From contig NC_042998.1 of the NCBI RefSeq assembly GCF_006345805.1, positions 99,944,001-100,008,000 on the forward strand: 64,000 nt of DNA, read 5' to 3'. The DNA is from Octopus sinensis (taxonomy: Eukaryota). The notes under the pieces were generated by a model. It was not told the origin of the DNA and did not search any database. It was given only the letters and a program-made list of their open reading frames with translations. Shown piece by piece: positions 1 through 12,100 of the stretch (positions are counted from its first letter, which is position 1; each line of letters opens with the position of its first letter). Made by a program: the position numbers and the translations under genes.

Positions 1-361
1 TTCTGTGGTTAGATGCACTTCCTAATGCCAACTATTTTCAGAGTGTATTGAGTGCTTTTTCCATAGCACCAGCACTAGTGAGGTGACCATGAAGCTTTTA
101 AAAAGTAAGATCCCTTTTGAATAAATGAGGATACAGTAGAGAGAAAAGGCCAAAACAGAACAGACTTCTTGCCATAAAGCTACATGGTTACTCACATTAT
201 AGAAGGAGACTCACTAGTCTCTATATATATGGCTATTCTACCAACATGCAAATAAATATATTGAGAATCCAACTTTGGTTGAAAGTTAGAAAGTACACTA
301 TATAATTTATGAGCATTTTAGTAACTTGCAGTGGCATCATCATCATCATTTAAAATAGACA

Positions 362-364
<3 letters not shown>

Positions 365-433
<69 letters not shown>

Positions 434-460
434 GGTGATGATGATGATGATGATGATGAC
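365..460. repeat. (GAT)n(GGT)n(GAT)n microsatellite
   Basis: Read directly. Confidence 0.95.
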
Positions 461-1007
461 AGTGGGTTTGATTATACTTCCAACAGGTATAAATTGGATA
501 ATGATGGGTTCCACCAAGTTAACTTGCCCTATTATAAAATATGAATACGTATATAGGTTGTTTAACTCTAGGTCAGCTTCCCTGGATCAGGTGTATGACC
601 GGAAAGTACTCTACCTATGACCATTCCATCCCTTTTTTTTTTTTTACCAGATCAATGTCCACCATATCTTTTGTCTTTTGTTTTTTTTAGACAGACTGAT
701 ATGATTTGAGGGAAATGTAGCTGCTATTTCCAGCTAATCTTTTGAATATTTTAAGACACTCTCATATGCTAATACATGTGTGTTTTGTGTCCCATTAATG
801 CTGAAAGTTTTAAGGTCTCTACGTCTGCTTTATTTATTTGTTTAGCCATCTAGTTATCTAATTCAATGTTGTTGAAAGGCAAAGAGTTGTTATCTCCACA
901 CAAATACTATAGTAAATTTGTCTTTCATCAATGTATTTATGATACATAGATACTTCTATTGCATATAATGGATATTTATTTTGTTGTTTTTCCATGGAAC
1001 TGAATAG

Positions 1008-1109
1008 AAATTTACCAATAGAAAACAATACAAACACAGTTCTTGTCATTGGAGGAGTGCACTGGCTTAATAAACATCACATCGACATCATCAAGCGAGG
1101 GCTGAAAAG
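1008..1109 (+). CDS. CPED1: CPED1 (cadherin-like and PC-esterase domain protein 1) internal coding exon; upstream exons lie outside the window
   Basis: AG at 1006-1007, GT at 1110; translates (R)NLPIENNTNTVLVIGGVHWLNKHHIDIIKRGLK(R), collinear with recalled human CPED1 [34 protein letters not shown]; phase 2-2. Confidence 0.88.
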
Positions 1110-1660
1110 GTTGGTTGGTTATTTTCACTTTTAGTGTTGTTTTCTTGTTGCTGTTTTTCCATTTTGGTGTTTTTATTTTTATATTCTTATTCTTTTAATT
1201 TCCAAAATCACCATCATGAAAGTTCATTTTGTTGTTACTGTTTCCAGACCCATCTTAGGTCTGATCAAGCAAACTTATGATCAAAATTTTCTAGCTTAGT
1301 TTCAGGGAAGCTAATTTAAGAGAAATTAGCCAAGTCAGATGATCTTATAGAAACTCCTTCAGTGAACATGATGATGGTAGCGGTGGCATCATTGTCATGG
1401 CTATTCTTCAACCTAGAACTCATAGAGGAACAATGACTTGTAAAGTTCCTCTCACAAACAATTTGCTATTTTAATTGCAAAAGTCACATTTACCTTTCAT
1501 TCCTTTCGAGGTTGATAAAATAAAGTACCAATCAAGTACTGGAGGTTATTCTAATGGACTTGTCTCATCATCTCTAAATTGTTATCTATGGACCAAAATT
1601 TAAAACAATGATTATTATCCACTTGTGTCACAGCATATTGCTGGTGATTATCATTATTTA

Positions 1661-1875
1661 GGTGGTGAGCTGGCAGAATTATTAGCATGCCAGATGAAAT
1701 ACCTAATGGAATTTCATCCATTTTTATGTTCTGAGTTCGAAGTCCACTGAGATTGACTTGGCCTTTCATCTTTTTGGGATTGATAAAGTAAAAATCATTT
1801 GAACACTGGGGTCAATATAATCAACTTAACCCCACTGCCGAAATTGCTGGCCTTGTGCTAAAATTTGAAGCCATT
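1661..1875 (+). mobile_element. SINE family B (related copies at ~20740-20890, 35790-35990, 40110-40270, 49345-49525, 52885-53075, 55550-55870, 57400-57620)
   Basis: Recurrent ttctgagttcaaatt...gactttgcctttcatcc...gataaa...gtacc. Confidence 0.8.
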
Positions 1876-1933
1876 ATTATCATTGTTGTTGTTGTTCTTG
1901 TTTTTATTATTGTTATTGCAATTATTGTTGTAG

Positions 1934-2021
1934 GGAAGGATTAACAGGAATATTTCTGGTCATTAAAGACTTAGGTGCAGGCTTCCATCAACCTGTGGAA
2001 GGACTTCATTGTTTAAATTTG
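1934..2021 (+). CDS. CPED1: CPED1 coding exon
   Basis: tgtag|G...TTG|gtaagt; EGLTGIFLVIKDLGAGFHQPVEGLHCLNL matches recalled [29 protein letters not shown]; phase fits both neighbours. Confidence 0.9.
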
Positions 2022-3068
2022 GTAAGTTACAACCATCATTACTTTATTGCTTACCTCAAAAAATTCAGGTAACTGAATATGGTTATATGGCTATAGTTGG
2101 TGTGCAAGCCTGTACACACCCATTTGCTTCCTAATCATGTGGTTCCACTACTTGACACCTCTGGCAAGGGCCTTCTACTGCAGCCCTCAAGCCAACCAAA
2201 GCTTTGTATGTGGATTTGGTTGATGAAAATTGAAAGACACCCATCATATACATATCATTATCATTTGACGTCTGCTTTCCATGCTGGCATGAGTTGGATG
2301 GTTTGACAGGGGATGGTTAAGTCATAGACCACATCAAGTTCCATTGTCTGTTGTTGCATGATTTCTACAGTTGGATGCCCTTCGTAATGCCAACCATTTT
2401 ACAGAGTATACTGGTCACTTTTTATGTGGTACCAGCATTAGTGCTTTTTACATAGCACATACATACATACATGGTGGCTGCCCCCTCGTTATTGTGCAAT
2501 GCCTGTGCAAGAAGATTTTTTTTTTAAGTGAGGAAAGGCTGTGCACTGAGTCAATCCCACTCACTAAGCAATAGCAGTCATAATCCAAAAAGAAGAACAA
2601 GTTAACATCATCGGTAACTACTGAGCCGCAGGTTTTATATCAGAGTTATCCCAGTTACCTGAGTTACCTTCTCCTAGAAGGATGCCCTAACAAAGGCTAG
2701 GAGTCCTTCACTCCCAATGGTTTAACTGCATGATCAGGTATTCAGTCCGATTATTTCTATGTCCCCGCGCATGATACAGCCTTAAGGCATTTATTGGATG
2801 GCTGTTGACTCTCAAGAGTTCCTCCGCCTTTTGACGGGTTTTGTTTTTCATCCTGCAGGGTGTCCAATAAACACCTTCCTCACCAAGAAAGCTTGGTGGG
2901 GTTGCCAATTTAGTCGCCGACAGCCCGACCATGCAACAGGTTGTACTGGTTACATGTTACCAGTAGCACTCAAAATGACTTGACATAACATACATACATA
3001 CATACACGCATATATATATATATATTGTCTTTGTTTTAACATTTTCTTTTCCATGTTTTCATAATATA

Positions 3069-4281
3069 TTCGATCATCTCATAAATAATGCAGTTTTTTT
3101 CAATAGCATGAACTAACAGTCAGAGGGGAGATGGGATAAACTACCTGCATCAACTTGCTATAAAAGCAGGTAGTAATTTTACCTTGTACTTATTCTTAGT
3201 GCAAATTTTGAAGAATGCAGTTTGATTTTAACAATTATTTTTTCAAAACTATAATAGAAGTGACAAAGGAGCATATTCGGTATATTTTGTTTTATGAGTT
3301 CAATAAAGGCAACAACACAACAGAAAGTGTGAGGAATATTAATGGGGATCAGACAATAAGCATAAGCCAGTGTCAACGGTGGTTCCAGAAATTCTGAACT
3401 GGAAACTACAGCCTAAAAGATGACCTTCATCCTGGAAGATCTGTAAAGCTCAATGAGGATGTCCTGCAAACCCTGGTGGAACAAAATCCCATCGTTACTG
3501 TTGAGAAATTAGCAGAGAGGCTTGGATTTGGTCATTCAATAATTCATCGACAACTTTCTAAGTCTAATCATGTGCAGAGAGTGAATGTGTGCTCTTCTTT
3601 GCCGTCATGTCTCACAAATGAACCTTTATTCAACCAAATAGTGACTGGAATTGAGAAATGAGTTCTCTGTAAAAATGTCAAGTACTGAAGACAGTGGGTA
3701 GGGAAAGGAGAAACACTGGCACTCCCGGCTAAAGAAGGTCTTCACCCACATAAGGTGTTGTTATCTATTTGGTGGTATAAGAACTTTTAAGCCCAAACCA
3801 AACAATAACAAAGGAAATCTACTAGGAACAGTTTGAGCAACTTAAGTGAGCACTAGAAGAAAAATGACCATCTTTGATTTTAAGATGAAAGGTGTTCTTT
3901 CATCAGGATAATGCTTGGCCACATACAGTGAAGATGACATTCCAAAGGCTGGAGCAATTTGAATAGGAAATGATGCCCCACTCACCATATTCACCAGACA
4001 TTGCCCCATCTGATTATCATTTATTCCACAGTCTTCAAAATCATTTGGATGGAAAAAAATATGAATTCTGTAGACAAGGTCAGAACAGTACTGGAGGAGT
4101 ATTTTTCATCACAGACAAGTGAACTTTGGAGGAGGGGCCTTGCAAGTTTACTAGATAGATGGAAAAGCATTGTAGAAAATGAAGGAGAGTATATTTTAGA
4201 TTAAAAAAGAACTTTGTTCATCTTAATTGGGAAAAATAAAAGAAGTATGTAAAAAACCACATTATTTATGGGATGACCCAT
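3069..4281 (+). mobile_element. Full-length degenerate mariner (DD34D-type) in a CPED1 intron
   Basis: TA-flanked ~30-bp TIRs (tcatc(t/c)cataaataatg); HTH EVTKEHIRYILFYEF, IVTG.EK, HQDNAWPH, SPDIAPSDYHLF; stops and frameshifts. Confidence 0.88.
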
Positions 4282-5377
4282 TATATGTATATATGTATGA
4301 TATATAATAAACCATCATATGCATAGTGAACACCAAGATTGAAAAATGACGACCTGCATATTTATTCTTAATATATTCTGGCAGATTCATATGTAAATAT
4401 ACAAATTGCTGTTTATTTTTGATTCACAGGAGAGCAATTTCTCCTTTATGATAAATATGTATTCATAACACTCAATTTGTTAGTGTAAGAATACATGTAG
4501 TAGCACTCTCTTAACATGTGTTCTAGGATGCCAGTGTTTTGACATGATGTCTCACCAGCCAGAAGCATCCCAGACTAATGAATTTAAAAAGAGATGAATG
4601 TCTCATTTATAATATCAGTCAGCAAATTGTTTGCTGAACCATGTTGATATATGCACAGGGATCAGCAAGAGTCAAAATAATGGTTAGCATGTTTGTTCTA
4701 AACACATTCAGGCAGATATGAACCTGAAGCCACATGATTTGAGAAGCACACTTCTTAACCGCATGACAATGCCTATATCTATATATATATATATATTTAT
4801 ATACGTCTATTTATGTACATATTCATAAATTTGTGAATACTTTTATACATTTGTTTATGTTTTACATTTGTTTACTCTTCATTTTTCCAAGCTACCATGG
4901 GTTTGGGTAATGAGTTTGAGGCTGATTTTATGATCAGATGTTCTTCCCATCACCAACACTTACCTGAAATCGACCCATGATAAACAATGATATGACTATT
5001 AAAATTCACAACAGATGATGCGTAAAATGTGGAAAGGTGTGCCTCTCAGCTGGAGGTCTAAAAAGACATGTTAAGAGAATACATGTAGTAGCACTCCCTT
5101 AACATGTGTCTAGACTAGCACAGTTGTCTAGTATGTAATAAAATGTGTAAAAGCTTGGCTGGGCTTAAAATTCATATAAGGGCATCACATTGCAACAATC
5201 ATGAATCATTTCAGTAAGTCTTCTTGGCAATGGCTTTTCTTGTGTAATGAGGATGCAACTGTAATGTATATATATGCATATAAATATAAATCAGAAATGA
5301 AAAAACAAAATAATAAATTGAACAATTATAAATTCAATCCAATTTAAATATTTTATACAAACAAATGACACATCTCA

Positions 5378-5470
5378 TAAATTACAGCTGTTTCCACTTC
5401 ATTAATAAAACGATGTTTTCACGAATAATCAAATCCATTTAAATGTGTAATGATGCTTCATCAGATTGAC
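5378..5470 (-). ncRNA. Second hammerhead-like motif with long stem II and palindromic stem III
   Basis: Minus strand CTGATGA-A-GCATCATTA...TAATGAAGT-G-GAAA-CAGCTG-TA; mismatches suggest decay. Confidence 0.55.
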
Positions 5471-6663
5471 ATATCTTCTTAAATATTTTATGAAAAATAT
5501 CAAATGAAAACATTTATAATTTCTGAATTTTTACAAAGATGTTATATAAGAATGAGATATGTTTATTTTATTTACCTATTAGAGTAACATTGTTATTAAT
5601 ATAGGTCGTTTAAACCAGTAAATTCTTCAGATATTTAATATTCCTTAGGTGTATTTTACACCTAGCTAAACTGTTGTATATGTGTGTGTGTGGGTATATA
5701 AATATATATATATATATATGTATGTGTGTGTTTGTGTGTGTGTGTGCGCATGTGTGTGTAAACTGTGCTTATGAAGACCTGTTGAGGCAAGTGAAGTTGT
5801 CGTGGCCGATGACAGTACTGCCTGATTGGCACCTGTGCTGGTGGCGCATAACAAGCACCATTTGAGCATGGTCAATGCTAGTGCCACTTGACTGGCCCCG
5901 TGCTGGTGGCATGTAAAATGCACCATTTGAGTGTGATCATTGCCAGTGCTACCTGACTGGCTCCCTTGCTGTTGGCACGTAAAAATTACCGTTCAAGGAT
6001 GGGTAATGTTCCAAGATCTCCACTGAAGAATCACATCTACTTTCTAACAAAACAGTGGTTATAATCTGGAGAAAGTACAGTAGAAAGCAGCAGATCAAGG
6101 TCTTGAATCATCATCTAACCAGACACATAGTACAAATGCTTACATTGATTTAACTCCTCTTAAGTCACATAAGGACCAGGTGGAGTGTTAAACAGTGTGA
6201 GGGAACGTAGTACCCATCCAAATTAGGTTTTGTATTTGTGTTGTATTTTTTCTGGATTTAGTAAAATTTCAGTATGATGAGGCAGTGATGTTCAGGAACA
6301 TTTTGATACTTGATTTTTTGTTTCCCTTTAGATAGTTGGAGGTGTTTTTTGTTTTGTTGTTATTTAGCCCTGTATCAAGCAGATCTATAATCATTGACCA
6401 TATTGTTTCTTTCAGATGTATACTGTGACCATTTTGTTTCTTTCAGATGTATGTCTTGGACTACATTACACTTTTGGCTGGGGGTGTAGTTAGAAAGGAT
6501 TTACAGTATGGAACAGAGAACAGTAAAATCTATAATGCTTGCATCTTTGTGTGTATGTGTGTATCTATGTCTATGTATATTTAGATGCCTGTGTACATAT
6601 TTATATGTCTTTGGGTGTGTTCAGTCCTTTACAACCGATTTTTTTTATTCTTCTTGTTTCCAG

Positions 6664-6810
6664 AAAGAACAACAGAAACTGCTTTCCCATAATTCTATTC
6701 TCACCAATTATGCCCGACAAAATGGTTTCCATGTGGTTGAGACATTCAACATGACAATGAGTCGATATAGGGACTTTTTACAAGGACAATGTGCTTGTCA
6801 CTTTCACAAA
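6664..6810 (+). CDS. CPED1: CPED1 coding exon
   Basis: tttccag|AAA...AAA|gtaagt; KEQQKLLSHNSILTNYARQNGFHVVETFNMTMSRYRDFLQGQCACHFHK matches recalled ...[29 protein letters not shown]. Confidence 0.92.
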
Positions 6811-7789
6811 GTAAGTGGTTCCAAAAAAATATTTGAAAACAAGCAACTAAAATTTTTCTTTTTTCTTTTCCTGCTTTAAAAAATTTTTTTTAAATATTTA
6901 TGCCTGATATTATCACTAGGTGCTTAAGATTTTGAATTAATTTGTTAATTAGATACAATTAGATACAAGTTGAATTTTCATACTTAGGGAAAGAATCTGA
7001 TCTTTGTTAGCAGGGTATATATATATATTGTGATATACATATATATGTATGCGTGTGTGGTATATAAAAATTGTCAAGAATGTGATTTTATGAGGATATT
7101 TTTACTGATGAAGGGGACATTGTCCACATGGTTTGTAAGATTTCTATTAATTTTCCTACCTGGATATGAACTCTAGAAACAACCATAGAGAGTGGACTTC
7201 CTCAAATTGTATTATATACCTTACATGCCATTTATATATATTTTTAAAAAGACATATTGAAATCTATGGATCTTATAATTGAAACTCTTAACTGCTCTTG
7301 ATTTTAGTACGAAAATTATTCTTATCAGTTCTCTTTTTCTCACACTTCTTTCCATATATATATCCCACATGGGTTTTATTTACATGTATTTAAATGAATA
7401 TCTATATATATGTAAATTTTTAGAAATCTTTTTTAAATATTCATATATGTTGATATCTATTAATATATATAAATGCAATTTAAGTTGAATTTATAACTGT
7501 ATGAGTATGTATAAAAAGTCGATTGCCTCTTTTGAGTTTATATCTTAATTCTTATTTTTTGTCTCAGGCTCGACCCGAGCACTTCTTAAGCAGTTCTATA
7601 TACTTTATGAGAAAGAACAATAATATTATATGCATGTTTATATATATATCATCATTTAATGTTCGCTTTCCCTGCTGGCATGGATTGAACAGCTTGACTG
7701 AGGGCTGGCGAGCCAGAAAGCCACACCAGGCTCCATCGTTTAATGTCCGCTTTCCATGCTGGCATTGGTTGGATGGTTTGACTGAAAAC

Positions 7790-8187
7790 ATAGGCGGTGA
7801 GCTGGCAGAAACGTTAACACGCCGGGCGAAATGCGTCTGCCATTACGTTCTGAGTTCAAATTCCACCGAGGTCGACTTTGCCTTTCATCCTTTCGGGGTC
7901 GATAAATAAAGTACCAGTTATGCACTGGGGTCAATGTAATCGACTTAAAAAAAAAAGGCGGCGAGCTGGCAGAAACGTTAGCACGCCGGGCGAAATGCTT
8001 AGTGGTATTTCGTCTGCCATTATGTTCGGAGTTCAAATTCTGCTGAGGTCGACTTTGCCTTTCATCCTTTCGGGGTCGATTAAATAAGTACCAGTTACTC
8101 ACTGGGGTCGATATAATCGACTTAATCCGTGTGTCTGATCTTGTTTGTCCCCTCTATGTTTAGCCCATTGTGGGTAGTAAAGAAATA
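7790..8187 (+). mobile_element. Dimeric tRNA-derived SINE (family B) with one TSD
   Basis: Two ggcggYgagctggcagaaacgtt heads joined by an A-run; (gg)tttgactgaaaac repeated at 7775-7789 and 8188-8202. Confidence 0.85.
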
Positions 8188-8330
8188 GGTTTGACTGAAA
8201 ACTGGCAAACCAGAAGGCTGCACCGGGCTCCAATCTGATCTGGCAAGATTTCTACAGCTGGATGCCCTTCCTAATGCCAACCACTCTGAGAGTGTAGTGG
8301 GTGCTTTTTACATGCCATCAGCATGAGGGC

Positions 8331-8595
8331 CAGTCAGGTGCTACTGGCATCATCCACGCTTGAATAATACTTTTTACATACCATCAGCATGGGAACCAGT
8401 CAGGCGGCACTAGCAACAGCCACACTCAAATGGTGCTTTTTATATGCCACTGGCACAGGAGCCAGTCAGGCGGCACTAGCAACAGCCACACTCAAATGGT
8501 GCTTTTTATATGCCATTGGCACAGGAGCCAGTCAGGTGGCACTGGCAACAGCCACACTCGAACGTGGGGCCAGTCAGGCAGTACTGGCATCAGAC
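8331..8595. repeat. 66-bp minisatellite (about 4 units) inside a (GAT)n-tailed element
   Basis: cagtcagg recurs at 8331, 8397, 8463, 8529 and 8571. Confidence 0.85.
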
Positions 8596-8724
8596 ATGAC
8601 AATGACTTCACATGCTTCAACAGGTCTTTGCAAGCACAGTTTATTGCCCAATGTTTATATATATATATATATATATATATATGCATGTGTGTATATATAC
8701 ATATATACATACATATATATGATA

Positions 8725-8903
8725 GATCGGTAGCCACTACACACATTTTTTTTTCTCTCCTTGATTTTTTCTGTGTCCCTTTCTGTAGAAGAGCGTAGGC
8801 TCAAAACGTAAAAGACTTTTTCAATTCCTGAGCGTTATACTAATACATCTGTTTGTTTTCTACACCACCTGTCTTCGTCCTTTATTTTTTTCGTGAACTC
8901 TCC

Positions 8904-8907
<4 letters not shown>
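8725..8907 (+). ncRNA. Same family, hammerhead core degenerate
   Basis: CTGTAGA-A-GAGC/gtag/GCTC-AAAA-CGTA-AAAG (8783-8814); shares downstream ttcctgagcgt; TA repeats both sides. Confidence 0.6.
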
Positions 8908-8952
<45 letters not shown>

Positions 8953-9007
8953 TACAACTACTCTATGCATTTTTTTAAACATTGTATATTATTTTCAATA
9001 TTCTCAG

Positions 9008-9187
9008 GTTGTAACTTTAAAAAAACAGAAGAAAAAATGCCATAAGAAATGTCCTCATTCTCAATCAGACCAAGAAGAAGATTATCAATCTCGAACTTTC
9101 CATGTAGAAGGAGAAATTAATGCGATTTATTCAGAAATGATGATTACTCAAATATGTTCTCACAGTTTCAGTCATTCTTTGTCATGA
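9008..9187 (+). CDS. CPED1: CPED1 terminal coding exon (TGA 9185-9187)
   Basis: ttctcag|GTT; VVTLKKQ...FHVEGEINAIYSEMMITQICSHSFSHSLS* matches recalled [20 protein letters not shown]; missed by the ORF track (no ATG). Confidence 0.9.
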   Translation, partial: VVTLKKQKKKCHKKCPHSQSDQEEDYQSRTFHVEGEINAIYSEMMITQICSHSFSHSLS

Positions 9188-12100
9188 CTATAAAAGGTTC
9201 CAAAGAAATTATTAATTTGCCTGATTCTAAGTTTCCTTAGTCATTTTGTTCCAGAATTTCATCAGACAAAAAGAAGACTGTTCTGAATCCAATGAAAGAT
9301 TTTTCATTTCTGGTTAACACACATCTGGGCTGTGTGAAAACTTAGTCAACAACACATTGCTCAAGGTCTAGAAGGGCTGAGTATACTGGCGTTGACAATG
9401 AGTTAACCCAAACTTGTGGCGTTGGAAGATATAACAAACTGCAAAAATTTCAGAGAAAATACAAATCTAAATACAGCAGTAGACTTTGTAATCTTCTGAA
9501 CATATAAGAAAAATGTTTATAATTTTCTATGAAAATGTGATAAATTCATAAGCTTCATAAAATTCATAATCTTCATAAAATTCATAAAACGATGTAATTT
9601 TCAAACATGAAACTTGTATATTATTTTACTTACATTTATTTTTATTCATATTTTTCATCAACCAACATCTTCAGTCAGATATATTGTTGTTTTGTTTTTC
9701 ACCAGTATATCAGTATTTAAATCATATTCACAGAAAGTTGGTTTCTATCACAAAGGAAAAGTACTGTATATTGTAGGCAATATTTAACAGGAAGTGTCCA
9801 TGCCTTGCACAAGAATAATTGATTCCATAAGGAACACAAAAGGCCTCATCTGAAAATCAAAGCAATGATACTTGCTACTACAGGCTATGATATTATATTT
9901 AATGGATTTTGAATGTGATGGATTGAAAGAATCATTAGAGCATCTTTGTTCTGAGTTCAAATCTCCCCCAAATTAGTTGTCTTTTACCAGTCATTTACTT
10001 CAGTTAATGTAATTGACTGTTTCCTTTAAAAATTGTTGGCCTTATGCCTATCCTACTAGAAGCAATAATTTTTAATTAATTTAATTACAATTCAGTAATT
10101 AATTACAAAATTAATTACAAAATATTTTCTGTGACTTAGGATTTTTAGTAAATTCTCAAAAATATTTTCCTACATTTAAAAAAAAACATAACTTGGAAAC
10201 AGGTAAACACTCTTAAAGCTGACTTTGCTTATTTTTTTTAAAGCAAACATAATTTATAATTTATACTTTTCAATTAAACTAATATTATTTTTTAAAAATT
10301 ACATTCTGTTTCTATCTTTTATAGAAAACAAAAATAGGATATATATATAAAAGTTATTGTTCTAAGCTGAATTCCCAGATATGATAAGAGTAGTGTTAAT
10401 ATATTTATTTTCATTCTAAAACCATTCACACAACAAATAGACAGTAGGAAAAATTACAATTCTTCATCGCCACATCACTTAAGTGACATTAACCTTTAAT
10501 ATTCCACAGTTGTGTGAATTATTTTAAAGTTTAAGTCTTGGACCAAATACTGTAATTTTGTGCCTGGAAAGAATGTTGGGTTACACTCAGTTATAAAAGC
10601 TTAAGAATCAACTGAATACTAGAGGTCTTCCAATTATTCAGAATCTGGGAAATTACAGTAGTGAGCTTTGGTAATCATTCAACCTGTCAAAAATATTTTT
10701 CACACGAAGACAATAGGAAGTTTTTCATTAATTTATAAATAGAATAAACATATTGTATGTAGTTATTTCTTTGATGAGTTAATTATATATCTGAGTGTTT
10801 GTTCCAATAATATTAGATCTCAAAATGAAGTCATCAAAGCAAAGAATATGAAGAGAACTCAGCCATATGATTATTAAATAGTATTTAATAGTAAGAGACT
10901 GCAAAGAGTTTGTCTCGGTACAGTATCCCTTTGTTATCAACTGGAAAAAATCATCTACATAGTCACTGTACAGTATGTCTTTGTAACTAATTTGCAATAC
11001 AAAGGAACCAGTCATACAATATTAGTAGTAGACAACTATGGTTTTGTATAAAAACAATGTTTCTATTGGGGTTTTAATTTTGACTACATTTCAACTTGGC
11101 TGCCCTCTGTGTTCAGCTGGTATATTCCTACCTTTATACTTATATAGCATATAACATTGAACTAGCTGGGGAAGTACAAACTGATTGAGGCATAGAGTTG
11201 TCAGAGACACAGACAAATCAGGTTAACATCCCAAAAGCCTATGTTACTTGTGTAAAAAGTTATCTAGACATGCCAAAACTTATATTAATTTCAGCACCAA
11301 ATTCAAATCCTCTTATGGATCTGAAAAGGTTCATGTGAATTTACTCCAGTGTGTTGTGATTCTTTCATCAACACAGTCACCAGTAGTAACAGTCATACAA
11401 TTACTCTGTTTATCAAAGGATCTATGTCTGAAATGCTAGACTTTTCCACTCCTTGCAGCAATCATCCACAAACTCTTAATTTTTGAAACCATTGCTGACA
11501 ATGCCAACACCCAGGGATTACCTTGAATTCTGGATTTTATCCTTAAAACTTCTTTGTTGATTTCTTACTCTCCTTCACAAATCAACATTCCATATTTTTA
11601 TTATGGTTACTCAATTAAGATGCAGTTTTCATGGGAAGACTGTTCCTGACTTGACAAGATACCATATAACCAGTCTGTAAAGTAGGAATCCTATTACTTG
11701 ACTCATACCGTTTCTGGCCAAAGCACTTAGCTATCAGATGATCCTAGCCACTTAATGAATAGATCCCATAGAATGATGGAACATATGCTATATGCAATAG
11801 CAGCCATGTGAAATTTCTTTTTCATTCATTCAAAGTACTGAAACTTGTGAGCTTAGGTCATGATAGAAGCACTAATGATGTGACCCTACAATCAGTTCTC
11901 TCACCACAATTTCAGGATGAACTAGAAAAAACTGTTCACCTTATAACCTGATAATAAGAGGTTATTCAACCTATTTATCAATGTACTATGCTTATTTATA
12001 ACAACACATTATGGTAAGATAATTTACTTCATTATTCCATACCACACTTCTCTTATGTTCTATAAATGTTCACAAAAGAATTGCTAATTTGTTATAGTTT

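Noticed and set aside
363-620. Poly-Met/Val ORF
   Set aside because: Translation of a (GAT)n(GGT)n microsatellite.
2610-2985. GC-richer segment resembling an RTE 5' region or HDV-like ribozyme
   Set aside because: Could not build the nested pseudoknot by eye; probably an interspersed repeat of uncertain family.
7104-7135. CTGATGAAGGGGACATTGTCC hammerhead-like start
   Set aside because: No GAAA after the stem; too degenerate to call.
8389-8798. Overlapping ORFs with repeated ATATLKWC units
   Set aside because: Derived from the 66-bp minisatellite and TA repeats.
10779-11015. Minus-strand ORF containing YVDDFF (RT-like motif)
   Set aside because: No other RT motif nearby; short AT-rich frame downstream of the CPED1 stop; likely chance.
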